In this document: one piece after another, positions 47,201 to 59,000 of the stretch
Layout: each line of letters begins with the position of its first letter
Numbering within the stretch: position 1 is the stretch's first letter
From: Anthoceros angustus
Taxonomy: Eukaryota; Plantae; Anthocerotophyta
Assembly (NCBI GenBank): GCA_010909165.1
Contig: MU008171.1
Span: forward strand, 186,001-250,000
Direction of reading: 5' to 3'
Length of the DNA stretch: 64,000 nucleotides
Position numbers and translations under genes: made by a program
Notes under the pieces: generated by a model
What the model was told of the DNA's origin: nothing
The model's database searches: none
What the model saw: only the letters and a program-made list of their open reading frames with translations

Positions 47201-48828
47201 ACGAGATGGGCTGCCAGGCCGGACAACATGCCCACCGCCGAGCACCTGGAGGAGGGAGTACCGGTGCCCGGCTCATGTGGAGGAGGCGATTCAACAAGTC
47301 GATTCCGACTTCGCTTATTACCACGCAGAGCCCTCAAGGCTTTGAGGTCCCGCGCCACCCCAGGTGGAGGTGGACTTCGGAAGGCGGAAGGGAAGCAAGG
47401 GAGGAAGGACGTGACACGCAGCCCACGGGGACCCTAGGAGCTGCTTGACGACGACCAGCAGCTGCGAGGGAGAGCAGCTGGAGGAGCCGGGCGGAGAAAG
47501 GGTCACTACATCGGAGGTAAGCACTGCACCTCGCCAAGGAAGGGAGGAGGATCCTGGGAGGCCATGGAAGGCGAACCGGCATTCGGAACCAAGGAGGGCT
47601 CGGATGAGCCCGTGATCAGCCCTGGAGGAGGCGTAACTCAGCTCCTGACTTTGTCCGGACTCGAGGAAAGGCCGGCCCCAAGTCCGCCTCAAGGAAGTCC
47701 GACTTAGAGATCCAGACTTAGTGACGAGACCGACCCCGAGGTCCTGACCTGGGAAGGGTTGGGTCCAAGACCGACCCAGAGGCAAGTCCGACCCCGAGGT
47801 CCGAATCCCAAGGAGGCTTGACATGGGGACCGACCCTGGGAGGAAGACCTGACCTAGAGGTCCTGGACCGAGTCGAGACGGGTCCCGAGGTCCCGACTGT
47901 GGAGTGGGGAGAGCCACCAATCACCGGCCCCAGATCTAGCCTTGAGGGCTGCGCAGGGGCCCGCCAGAGAGAGAGAGGGGAGGAGGACTTGGTGGTGATG
48001 CCGCCACGGGCGTAGCCCCGGCTGCACTCGGGAGAGGAAGGGGTCCCGCCTCGCGGATCATCCGATGCGCGCAATGCCGTGGCTCTGGCTCGCCGTGCCA
48101 AGAAGGAATCGGGGGCCATCCTCCCCACCACCGTGGAGATAGGGAGGAGGATAGTAGGCGGCCTATTAGGGCACACCGAGCCTTAATAGAGGTGTAATAA
48201 AGGCGCCGACCTTCGCGAGTATAAGAGGGCCGAGGTCGCCCGAATAAATCATCTTCTCTTGGTGTTGATGCTGCGTTTCCTGCGGACCCTTGTCGTCTTC
48301 TTGCTAACGTGAGTCCCGAGTCATCGAAAGGTGCACGATGCCGGAGATCGATCAAGGTCCCGTGACGGACCCTAACGTAGTTGTGTGTGCGGGGAAGAGC
48401 GATCGGGGACCCTTGTTCGCAGCCGCCGGCCACGAACTGACCGAACGGGAGCGGAGGAACTCGGGCGTCTGAGCCGGACGGAGAGACCCGGCAGAGCGAT
48501 GGAGGAGGTCCGGACTGTGCAGCTACTCACGTTTTTCCCCAAGGTTGATGAGGGTAGTGTGAGTGGTGAGAGGAACGGACTAGAGGAACGAGTGACGAGC
48601 GTAAGCGATACGGACGCAAACGGGTCCTTAAACGTTTGGCCACACCGGGCCTGTTCGGTGGACGTTACGAGTAGTTAGGCGCAAAATGACGGATGTGTGT
48701 ATTGAACGTCCATAAAGTGAGGTGAGAATCGATTGTAACGCGGCAAACGGAGCCTATCATTCCCTTGGGAGCTTAATTTTACTACACGGGATTGTGCGCG
48801 CCTACCGGTCGCCGAAAGTCGCGCCACA
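44234..48828 (+). mobile_element. Solo-LTR-like element copy 2 (4595 bp, uninterrupted, indel-rich)
   Basis: Starts TGTGG at 44234 and ends CCACA at 48828. It is flanked by a perfect 5-bp duplication GTGAC (44229-44233, 48829-48833), is inserted into a CRE tail, and is collinear with copy 1. Confidence 0.85.
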
Positions 48829-49100
48829 GTGACCATCCACAAAGCAACGATAGTAGGCGATGCATCCTCCTCTACCTCTGTAGGTCGTTTTCCCTTCCCG
48901 CTTATGACATCGTAGGTGCATCCTCTTCCACCTCCGTCGTTTGTAGGCCGTTTTCTCTTCCTGTATATGACGTCGTAGGTGCAGTCGATGATTTCTGGTA
49001 GGAAACTTTGTTACTCCTTTTTCACCTTGACCCTCATGTCCCCTTGGTTGTCCTTTGCCAGATGGGCTTCTTCCCTCATATTTTCCCCCTCAACAAAAAA
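48829..49100 (+). mobile_element. CRE element 3' tail/UTR resuming after the LTR insertion
   Basis: TIHKATIVGDASSS... and ccttggttgtcc...agatggg match the reverse complement of 7620-7790. Confidence 0.6.
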
Positions 49101-49654
49101 TTTACGATCCGAATATCTAAAAAGAAAAGGGAAGAGAGTGGATGGCTCATGGCATGGGCAATGTCATGGGAGCGGCGGGGCCCCCCAAGCAAGCTCGCCT
49201 GATTTCTAATAAGCCACGCCACGACGAGACGCCGGAATTGACGTCGTCAGCCAGTCCTTGCCGACAAGCGGCGGTAGAGGTGGAGGTGGAGCTGGGGGTT
49301 GACGGCGACGGCTAGGGGAAAGTGGAGATGGCGGTTCGGATGAACAGCAGGACGGGCAAGTGAGGAAGGCGGTAGCGAGGGATTCCGACTCCATGGCGGA
49401 AGCAGGAACAGGTTCAAGAGGAGCAGGAGCAGGTTCAAGAGGAGCAGGAGCAGGGGGAGCAGGAGCAGGTGCAGGAACAGGAAGAGTCGGAGTTGGAGCT
49501 GCAGGAGCTGGAACTGGAGCTGGAACAGGAAGTGTTATTACAGGAACAGGAACAGGAGCACAGCTCATGTGAATCCTGCGCACTGACATGAATTGCCCCG
49601 GCTAAGGAGTTAGCATGCTAGTTACCTCAAGCCTGGGGGAGGCTTCAAGCAGGT

Positions 49655-50377
49655 ATGGCATCATCTTCAAGCTCGCCCTGTGCCGCATGCAAGTTCTTGA
49701 GACGGAAGTGCACCACTGAATGTGTTTTTGCTCCTTATTTCCCCCCTGATCAGCCTCACAAATTTGCGAATGTCCACAAAATCTTCGGCGCCAGCAACAT
49801 CACTAAGCTGCTGAATGAGCTGCCGCCGCATCAGCGGGAAGATGCCGTGAACTCGCTCGCCTACGAGGCGGATGCGAGAGTGAAGGATCCTGTGTATGGC
49901 TGTGTGGGAGCTATCTCGGTGTTGCAGAGGCAGGTGGCTCAGCTGCAGACGGAGCTGGCCATGGCGCACTCGGATCTGGCCAGATATGCAGGGGCAGGGC
50001 TGGTGCCGGCCGTGGGGCCCTCGGGGGCGGGGACAGGCCCGTCGCTAGGCATTGGGATGGGGGTAGGGGTGGTAGGCTCTCGGGAACCGCAGCACATGAT
50101 CACCAGAGACCAGCTCATGGAGCTAGCCAGGGAACCTCCCTTCACGCGGGAGCAGCTCATGGAGCTGGCCAGGGCTGGAGGAGCCGGAGCAGCAGCCGCC
50201 GGAGCCGCCATAGCCACTTCCTACGAGCCTGGAGCTGGAGCTGGAGTGGGCCTGGCCTCGCACCGCCAACTCGGTGGCGGCGGCTCCTACCACGCCACCA
50301 GAGCCGGCAGCGACGGGAACAGTGGAGGCAGCGGTGGAGCAGGTACCAGCAGTATGGGCCATCTATCATCCGCGTAG
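49655..50377 (+). CDS. LBD: LOB-domain (LBD/AS2-LOB class I) transcription factor, single exon, 240 aa
   Basis: CAACKFLRRKC...C (C block), FAPYFP...FANVHKIFGASN, AVNSLAYEADARVKDPVYGCVG (GAS block), then a leucine-zipper LQRQVAQLQTEL and a G/A-rich tail. Confidence 0.95.
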   Translation: MASSSSSPCAACKFLRRKCTTECVFAPYFPPDQPHKFANVHKIFGASNITKLLNELPPHQREDAVNSLAYEADARVKDPVYGCVGAISVLQRQVAQLQTELAMAHSDLARYAGAGLVPAVGPSGAGTGPSLGIGMGVGVVGSREPQHMITRDQLMELAREPPFTREQLMELARAGGAGAAAAGAAIATSYEPGAGAGVGLASHRQLGGGGSYHATRAGSDGNSGGSGGAGTSSMGHLSSA

Positions 50378-50978
50378 TGCTCTGCCTGCCTTGCCCCTGC
50401 CGCACCGGCGTCACCAGCAACAGCAGCATCATGTCAATACATAGACCATGTCTCACCATGTTTGGGTTGGGAGTAGAACGATCGAGTATTTAGCTCCATA
50501 TTTTGTTGTCTCTCACTCAAATGTGCATGTGGAATTACCAACAGCTTTGCAGGCGAGCAACTCGTCTTGTCTGAACCAGGCAAGCGAGTTTGATCAAGTT
50601 TCTTGTGTGGGCCGTTTCGCAGGCAGGGAGAGTGTCCGGCCATTCTAAGGAAGAGAAACTCAAGGGGTTTTTCCGAGAGCTCTCTAACATCTCACCTCTT
50701 CTTCCTGCCTCTCCTGTACTTCAGCATGTGTTATCCAGAATTCAGGCCAGGCCAACGTTCACTGCTCTATAGGTACCCATTTTTTACTGTCCAAAATGCC
50801 CGCACCCCGAGTTCTGTCTCCACATTTGTGTACGGAGGGAGATCTTCCTCCACATGGCAAAAAATCGTGAGGGCTCTGCCTTGCACGGCCTCTCACCAGG
50901 GATGGGATGTGCAGCTCTATCGGTTTACCGAGCTGGTTGGTTTTGAAGTTTTGTAACGCACCTTCGGCCTGCCGAATG

Positions 50979-53900
50979 CTACTCACCACCGCTTCGTTTC
51001 GACAGATTCACCTTGGAAATGACGTCCAGTAACGCTTTTGTTGCCAGAGGCTTCGTCAGGTAGAAATCCATACCGGCATCCATACACTTCCTCTCATCCT
51101 GTGCCATGGCATGTGCAGTTAATGCTATGACCGGGGTGCGCCAACCGACATACTTTTCCTCCTCTCGTATTCGTGTTGTGGCTTCATAGCCATCCACAAT
51201 AGGCATCTGCACCGGCAGCATAACGAACATCACTTCCAAGGCAGACACTCACACACATACCTGCAGATTACAGAGAGTAGGCTGGGAAGAGGACAATCCC
51301 TAGCCCTTCTAGGAATCATTTGGAAGGGAAGGGAAGAAATATGAAAAACTCACCTGACAATCCATGAAAACCATATCATAAGGTCGACCTGACGTTTCTT
51401 CATCTTCCAGGCCACTCGACTGCCCAATTTCCATATCAACTACTTCCTGGAGCGAACCCCCCGGCCTTGGGAGATGGCCTACCACTCTTCGTACAGCCTC
51501 CGCACCATCATCTACGCACTCTACACTGGCACCCATCCTAAGAAGAATAGTTCTCGTTAGTTTCTGGAGAACTGGGTTATCCTCAGCAACGAGGATCAAT
51601 TTTCCAGCTAGAGCATCTGGGGGACCCATCATCTCACTCTCCCGAGCTCTGTTCTTGGACACAAGTGTCTCTGACTCTATAACCTGTGACTGTACCTTGG
51701 TGACCAGTGGTGTTTCAGAGAGGCTACCTTGGGTGTGGCCCTGACCTAAGCCTAAGGGTTTCCCTGGTAGAGCTCGGGAGGATTCTAAGGAGCCAGCATT
51801 CACTGCTGGAAATGTCTGGCTTTCAGGAGTTTCCAATACGGCAGCTTCCCCGCCAGCCACCAGAACCGTCTCGTCCACTACCCTATTCATTACTGTACTA
51901 GCTAATTCAATAACATTAAGTGAGGAAGCTTCGGCTGGGTCCAGTACCTTCCCCCTGTGATCCAGAACTTGAGCACTCCTGGTAGTCATTCCTCCTATGT
52001 CGGTAGGCTTGGGTTCCTGCCTGCTGATCAGGTCCTGCACAAGTTCCCAGATGCTATTCAAACGCGAGCCATGCAATGGCTTGTGCAGGCAAAGAGCACA
52101 GGGGATGACGTTGCCCTCCTTCAACGTCTGCACAATGTGGCTTGGCGTATTGGCTGTGACCAACCATACAACCCTCGACAGAGAGTGCTGCTCATCACGT
52201 GTCAAGCCACCCTGTAAAGCTGCCGCCAAGGTACTCAGGGGCTCTAAGACCATATCTGCGTCTATCACTATCAGAAGCCGAGCTCCTGTCCTGTCTACCG
52301 ATCTTGCCAATGCTGGCCGACCAGCTTCATATTCTGGGTTCTGCTGGGAAAATCCTGGCTCCATGTTGGAGATCCAGTCCCTCCCTCTCCTCCTTGCCTC
52401 CATGTCCTCTGCCCAAGAATCGTAGGACTGGATTCCAGGGGAGGCAATCTCAAACCGTTCCGAGAACCCACTGAAGCATTCGTCATAGAAGATCTCGTGC
52501 CTGATTTTCTCGAGAGAGGGCAGAAAATCCTCCCAGATATTTACGGTCCACACTTGAAGTCCCCTTCTCTCCATCCATCGTTTAACCACTCGTTTCCCTG
52601 CCACCCCCTGCATGGCTAACAGCACGTTCACACCTTCTGCAAGAGGCGGAGTGGAACATGGGTCGTTCAGGATACCTGCTGCCATACGTCTGGCCGAGTT
52701 AAAAGACCACATGGGTATTGCTGCTCGACCACTCGAGCCAAAAGTCTCCTGTACAGATGCCCGATCTCGCACTCGAGTCTCATTCCCTTGGTATCTTTTC
52801 AAGCCTGGCATACCTTCTAGATCTATAGGAGCACTAACTCTGCTGAATACTAGGTTAAAGCGAAAACACGTCCCTGGTTCCCCAGGTTCACCCTTATCGA
52901 CAATGGCGATGTCCCCTCCCATCAAGCGTACCTGAGTGGCATGCAACATTCACACGTCAATTCTTCAAGGTTGTGGAACATGCCAAAAAATGGAAACAAG
53001 AATATAACCTCTGAGCACTTAAATTCCGCAGAATCGTTCCTCAGATCAGTGAAAGAAAGAGACGAGAAAGAGAAGAACACAACGGCTTACCAGTGATCGG
53101 ACAATGCCAAGGCCAAGGCCAGTGCCACCATTGGCTTGTGTAGTTGAGGTGTCGACCTGCACGAAATTATCAAATACCGCTTTCCTTTGATCTCGAGGAA
53201 TGCCTTTCCCAGTGTCATCGACCTCAAACTCGAACTCCAGTTTGCTACTCGCCACATACCGCTCATACATGGCTCTCATCTGCTTGTAGCTCTTCCGCTT
53301 TCCGTGGAGCCATCTCCGGAATGGGTGGACCAGACTGCCTAAAACCCCTTCAATATGCCTGAACGTGTGCACGGCAGACACAGAGCTTGAAGGCTTTGGC
53401 CAAGCGCGCAGCACCACATGTCCCTCATTCGTGAACTTGACTCCATTGCTCAAGAGGTTGGAAAAAAGCTGTTTCACTCTGCCTTCGTCCCCCCGTACTC
53501 TCGACACTCTGTCTATGGAGTCGTCAGGGAGATCCAGAACAACCTCCAGTCCCTTTTTCATACCCACGACGGCAAACATATCCACAACTTCTTCTAGGAC
53601 TTGGACAACATCAAACTCCTTGTCCACCAACTGTAGCTTCCCTGCCTCAATTTTGCTCATATCCAACACTGAATTCAAAATACCTGCAAATGAGCAAGGG
53701 TGGATATATCAGTACCTGGAACCTCCATCTCCTACTACATATTCTTCCGGCTACGAGTTCAGAAGATGGTTGAGGAAGAGGCTCAAACAGGAAGGCAAGG
53801 GCGGCACTGACCAAGAAGGTTCTCAGCACAAGACTTCATCTGCAATAGATTACCCTCCAATTCGGTGGACTCTGCTGCATCGCACAAACATATGTCTATG

Positions 53901-55914
53901 AGACCAATTATGGCTGCCAGAGGAGTCCGAAGATCGTGACTCATGCTTGCAAACACTATACTCTTCTGACTGCTCTTGGTCTCAGCTTCCTTCGTCGCTT
54001 CCAGCTGCTTGATCAATGCAGCTCGAAGACGCATTTCATTGCTTACTCCCTTCGTCAGGAGAATGACAAAAAAGCAGCCCACCAGCCCGGCACAAACAGC
54101 CAGTGCAATAAGGACAGCAAGTGTTGCATTGCTGCGCTTATCAGAGGAACCCCATATGCTCTTGTGAGGGATCACAATGACACATATCTGTGGAAGAAAA
54201 AGGGACTGTGAGCATTACAGCTCATGATGGAATGACAAGCCACAAGTATCACGGCAGGTGAGAGTGACTTTACCAGAGTTAGCTCTGCCAGATTAGAATA
54301 GTCGATCAGATACCGCGTTCCACCAATAACGGCATTCCCTCCTTGAAAGTCTCGACTGGTGAGCATGGTGCAGTTCCCGATTTTGGAGTCCAAATACCGG
54401 GCTGCACCTGCAACAACCGAATTGTTGGAAGCAGATGCCAGAGGCAGCACTGGATCCCCTAGGGCTGTCACTCCTATTACGAGCGGATCGCGGGTCTGAG
54501 CAATCAGCCGGCAGTCCTGGTCCATGAGGAACATGTCCCCACCTTGAAGATCCAGATGGTCAAGCAGGTCTCGGATTTCCCCCATGGAGACCCCCACGGC
54601 AGCCACCCCCACCGCATCAGCATTGGAGCCTTGCCTCACAGGCGACAAGGTTTGAAAAGTGAGATCCCCTTCCTGCTCTAGGACGAAGCTCCAAGAAGAC
54701 GCTCCCTGGCGTGCATAAAGCGAGACATTGAAGCTGCTGGTGCCCCAGAAAGGGAGAGCTGGAACAGCAACTGGATCTCCTGCCGGCAATCCGGTCACAG
54801 AATCCAGAGGCTGACGAAACGCGCGGTACCAGGGCCGAGTGACAGTAATATTCTCCTGCGGGCTCCATGGCGGGGACGTGTGGTTGGGCTGGATATAGGA
54901 AGTGTTGGAGTAGAGCAGGATGGAGCCATTAACGTCGGAGGAGTAGGACACGAACATGCCATTCCTCCCATAGAAGGAAAGCGTGCGCTTTCTAGGAACC
55001 GCTGCATACACGGTGTACAGCGCAGAGCTCACCTGCGAGGGAAGGACGAAGGTGAGGCGCTGCCAGCTACCCTAACAGCAAGGCAGGCCACGGAACCCAG
55101 CAAAGAAGAGCAAAGCTCACCTGGCTGTCGAGGGTGGAGAAGGCGGAATAGTCCGAGGAGAAGTTGAGCAGCCTGGCGACGGAGACGGCGGAGGCGTTGT
55201 TGTCCTGAATTACAGTCTCCGTGGCCTGCCCTGCGTGCGTGAGAAGCTCGTGCCGGAGGGAGGCGGCCACCGCACTCACCGATCGCTGCGCATGCGTGGA
55301 GGTGAAGTACCAGGTGAGGATAGTCATGACGACGAGCAGAATTGCGAGCATCCCCTGCGCAAACAGAAGCACAAGCACAATACGTGAGACATTGCGACTC
55401 CGAGCACAGCATGGCCATTGCGGAACAACCCGAAGACAGAACATTGCCATTGCAATGCAATGCGACACAACCCAGTACCAAACATTGCCCTCGCAATGCA
55501 ATGCGACACGACCCAATACCAAACATTGCCCTCGCAATGCCATGCAACACAGCCCACCACCAACATTGCGCTGCACGGCAGGTGGGCGATTACCATGATG
55601 GCGAGGCGGGTGGTGAGGAGCGGGTCGCACGCAATTCCGTGCAGAAAGCGGTGGCCGGCGGCCGGGAAGCACCATGGCGGGAGGGAGCGGGGGTGGCAGG
55701 CGCAGGCCTGCGCGGCGTGCGGGTGCGGGGGGAGCAGCTGCTCGTCGTCGGTGAAGTGGGCGGGGCTGGAGCCTCCAGGCGGCTGCGCATGCGGCGGAGG
55801 CCACCCCGCCCGCTGCCCATGCCGATGCCGCTGCCGCTGCTGCTGCTGCCGCCTGCTGCACCCCGCCGGCTGCGGAATGGCAGGTGCAAGGGCCAGCACG
55901 AGTACCAGCGCCAT
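50979..55914 (-). CDS. CKI1: CKI1-like hybrid sensor histidine kinase, 7 exons, ~1362 aa
   Basis: Exons 55914-55594, 55354-55121, 55032-54274, 54187-53812, 53683-53091, 52931-51354, 51206-50979 stay in phase. Two TM segments, H-box SMSHDLRTPL, N-box SNLLSNGVKFT, G1 DDTGKGIP, G2 GGTGLGLGIV, a receiver-like middle region, and the C-terminal receiver AEDNPV...FMDCQMP...TKP. No CHASE domain was recognised. The start codon is less certain than the rest. Confidence 0.85.
55438..55570. repeat. ~40-bp tandem repeat inside CKI1-like intron 1
   Basis: aacattgccctcgcaatgcaatgcgacac...cca occurs 3-4 times. Confidence 0.8.
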
Positions 55915-57339
55915 GCCTGAGTCCACACCCCTCGCAACTGGCGCAGCCCTTCCATGGACACGGAGCCCGCGCTACATTACATCATCGTCGTCGTCCCTGC
56001 CTCACCTTGGCCTGCTCTGCTGCTGCTGCTGCTGCTGCTGCTGCTTCAGCTTTCCGACTGCCTCGGCTTGCGCGGCTGGGCTGCTGTTTCACTCCTGGCT
56101 GCTGCCTGCCGGGTACTAGCTTCTGGACGCTGGAAGGCCCGGCGGCAGGAGGGGAGGGGAGGGGAGCGGACTAGTGTAGTGCAGAGCCCTCCTCCTTCCA
56201 GTTCCCTTCCAGTTTCCTTCCAGTTTCCCTTCCCGCCAAAAGGCTTGTGCTCTTGGCAAGGCAAGGGAAGGGAAGGGAAAGGAATGCAGTGCCGCCAGGC
56301 TGATGAGGGGCCGGCCCGCAGCGGCAGGGCCCAGGGGCCAACGCATTCCCAATTAATGCAGCCACTGCCAATTGTACGCCGCCCGGCCTCGGCCCACACT
56401 TCCGCCACGCTGGCCCGCCCACTTTCCCTCCTCCGTCAACACCATAACTCCCCCGCCTGGCACCGCATACATACTGTACAAATTTCATACCGCCTTCTCG
56501 TACTCTCGTCCTTTTCATAACATTGCGCAGGGTGCTGCGTTCCTCTCTTGTCATTTCGGACTCAAATGCTGCTTTCCGAGATCATCCTTTGTCGCATGGC
56601 ATGCCACAACGCGAGAGTTTCTTGCCCTTGAACCCTCGTTTTGGTTCTACCGGTAGTGGAGTAAAAGACAACTATGAACATTGGCGATTGGATTTCATAT
56701 AATTAATCTTGGTATGTTTGTATAATCTACAATGTAGTTTCAACAATCGTAGGAGACATCTTCAACCTTAGATGAATTTGTTATATATTTGATTGATTAT
56801 ATTTTTATATAATTTTTATTCAAATTCAGTGATTAATTAAAATACCTCAGATCATGGCAAAGCTTCTAGCTCCCTCATTCGGTATTTAGCGGTAGGGCAG
56901 TGAGTTCTAAACCATTCGAGACCAGGTGGGCAGTGCTCCGTTCTTCCTTTTCATGCTTATTGTAATTGGAAGAGAGTGTGTGGAGCGCAAACGGACCAAG
57001 ATGTCTTCTTTCCGAGGGTCCAAAGCTTCGTCAGCATGTGAGGGACAGCCTGGGAGGGGGAGAGCTTCTAGGACAACTGCTTCCTTTGGAGCTAGAAGAG
57101 CTGCAGGCCCTGGTGTAGTAAAGGACGCTGATCGTCCAAGACGGAGCGGACGCCCTCCTGGAACCACCCATAAAGCGTTGAGGGCTAGGAAGGAGGTTGA
57201 GATAGCAGCGGCCATGTGCAGCGTTTCCCGATCGCGCCCAATTGCTCCATGCTGCTCTATGGAAGATGGCAATGAGAATGACTCTTCTAACCAAATTATT
57301 CTCGATGATGCTCAATGAGGACAAATCTTTCTTGCAGAG

Positions 57340-59000
57340 TCTAGAGGTCCATGAATAGTTTGCTACATATGACTAGAAGCCAAATCAGACTCTTGACACG
57401 GATTGGTACCACCGCACTGACCACGGCAATTATGACAATGTCTCGAATGTCTCTTCTATCAAGCGTTGTCCAAGGACACATACAAACCTCCTTGTTGACT
57501 TGGACTTCGTGAGAAATTAGGTTCGTGAGATTACCGTCTCGGTTACCACATGGGGCATGCAATCGAGAAACGGTGCTCCTCTATTTCAAATTCGGCGGAG
57601 TTAAGTTGCACCCATTTCACCCTAGTTCTATTTTTTACGCTGGTACTATTTTCACCCCATTTCGGAAATTCCTATACCTACTGCGGCTTCCCCGCACAGC
57701 TTATGCAAATTCCTGCATCGGATTCGATTAAGCAGAAAATTCTAGATCTTCCCGGCAATTCGATAAGTTTGATTACAACTCAATTCGGTTGGCTTTCTTC
57801 ACCTTGGATTTCCTTAGCGTAGGTAATATCAACTTGGTAGATGTCTTCACACAGCTTCGACAAGTTCAAGCCATCTTTGGATTTTGCCAATATTTTGTAC
57901 TCCGAAGCGTAAGATTGAGATTTTTCTCCTTCAAGAAGATCTATTTGGTGTCGTCAACGGGAATGAATTTCGCCCAATGACCCCGCCTGCAACCACAGGC
58001 GGAACGATTCACCTTACATTGATAAATAATTTTGGTAGCAAGTCCGAGTGGGACTCGAAAGACTTTAGTCCAGATAGCCCGTCAGCCTAACATATCTAGT
58101 CTAAGGAGGAGTATTGGAATAGATCAAACTAGGATACTTAAGCACATGACTATATGAGAAATACACACCTCTTCGAAGTGACTATATAAACAATATTGTA
58201 CACGATAAACATTACTCTTTCTATCAATTACTTATGGTCATTGTTCTTGTCTGCTCACCTGCCGATTCAATAGTTTTACCCCGACGTACCATCAAAAAAG
58301 CCGTCAAGCGCACTAGAGCTCTTGACGAGGCTGCAATTTTACGTGAAAGAAGGGCTATGCTCGGAAGGTGGTCAAAATTGAAACGCTTTGAACATAAGGA
58401 GTTTACATATATAGTTAATTTGTACAAAAAATGAGAGAAAACCAAGTGATAAATTGTTGGGTATGTATGACCAGAAGCCAAATCAGACTCTTGATAGTCC
58501 AATAACAAGGGTTGTTATAGACGTCTTTAAAAATTATCCAATGATCTCGCCATCTCCCGCCTTAGGATTACCTAGGTTTCACTGTAACCACCACTTGATT
58601 TATCTGAATTTGTTTTACGTGAAAACAATTGTCCAATGATCTTCAACATCACCTACAAATGTAATTCTACACGTATTCTTTTGCTGATAATCGAGGTGAG
58701 AGTTAAGTTCTGTTGCTAATTTCTCCGTGTTCTCTAACATTAATTTGATTTACCATTGAATTTTTCAACTTAATTGAGTAAATAATTTACTCTAATAATT
58801 TTATTTGTCCAAAGTTTTACCTCCATGTACCATTAAAACAATCATTAAGTGCGTATGAGCTCTTGATGATGCTATAATTTCATGTGAAAGAAAAGCTATG
58901 CTCAAAGCTAGTCGAAATTGAAACGTTTTGAATGTGAAGAGTCTACACATACCAACTCGTATAAATAGAGCTGAAAAAATGAGAAAAGAAACAATCTGAT
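57340..59000 (+). repeat. Degenerate AT-rich region with internally repeated, decayed coding-like modules (probable old TE)
   Basis: tatgac(t/c)agaagccaaatcagactcttga occurs at ~57368 and ~58467. The gagctcttga.ga.gct...gaaaga..gctatgctc...aaattgaaacg module occurs at ~58315 and ~58857. Confidence 0.45.

Noticed and set aside
49393-49654. Upstream coding exon extending the LBD protein (QE-rich frame)
   Set aside because: The only frame that would splice in phase has an upstream stop and no ATG, and the candidate acceptor lacks a pyrimidine tract.
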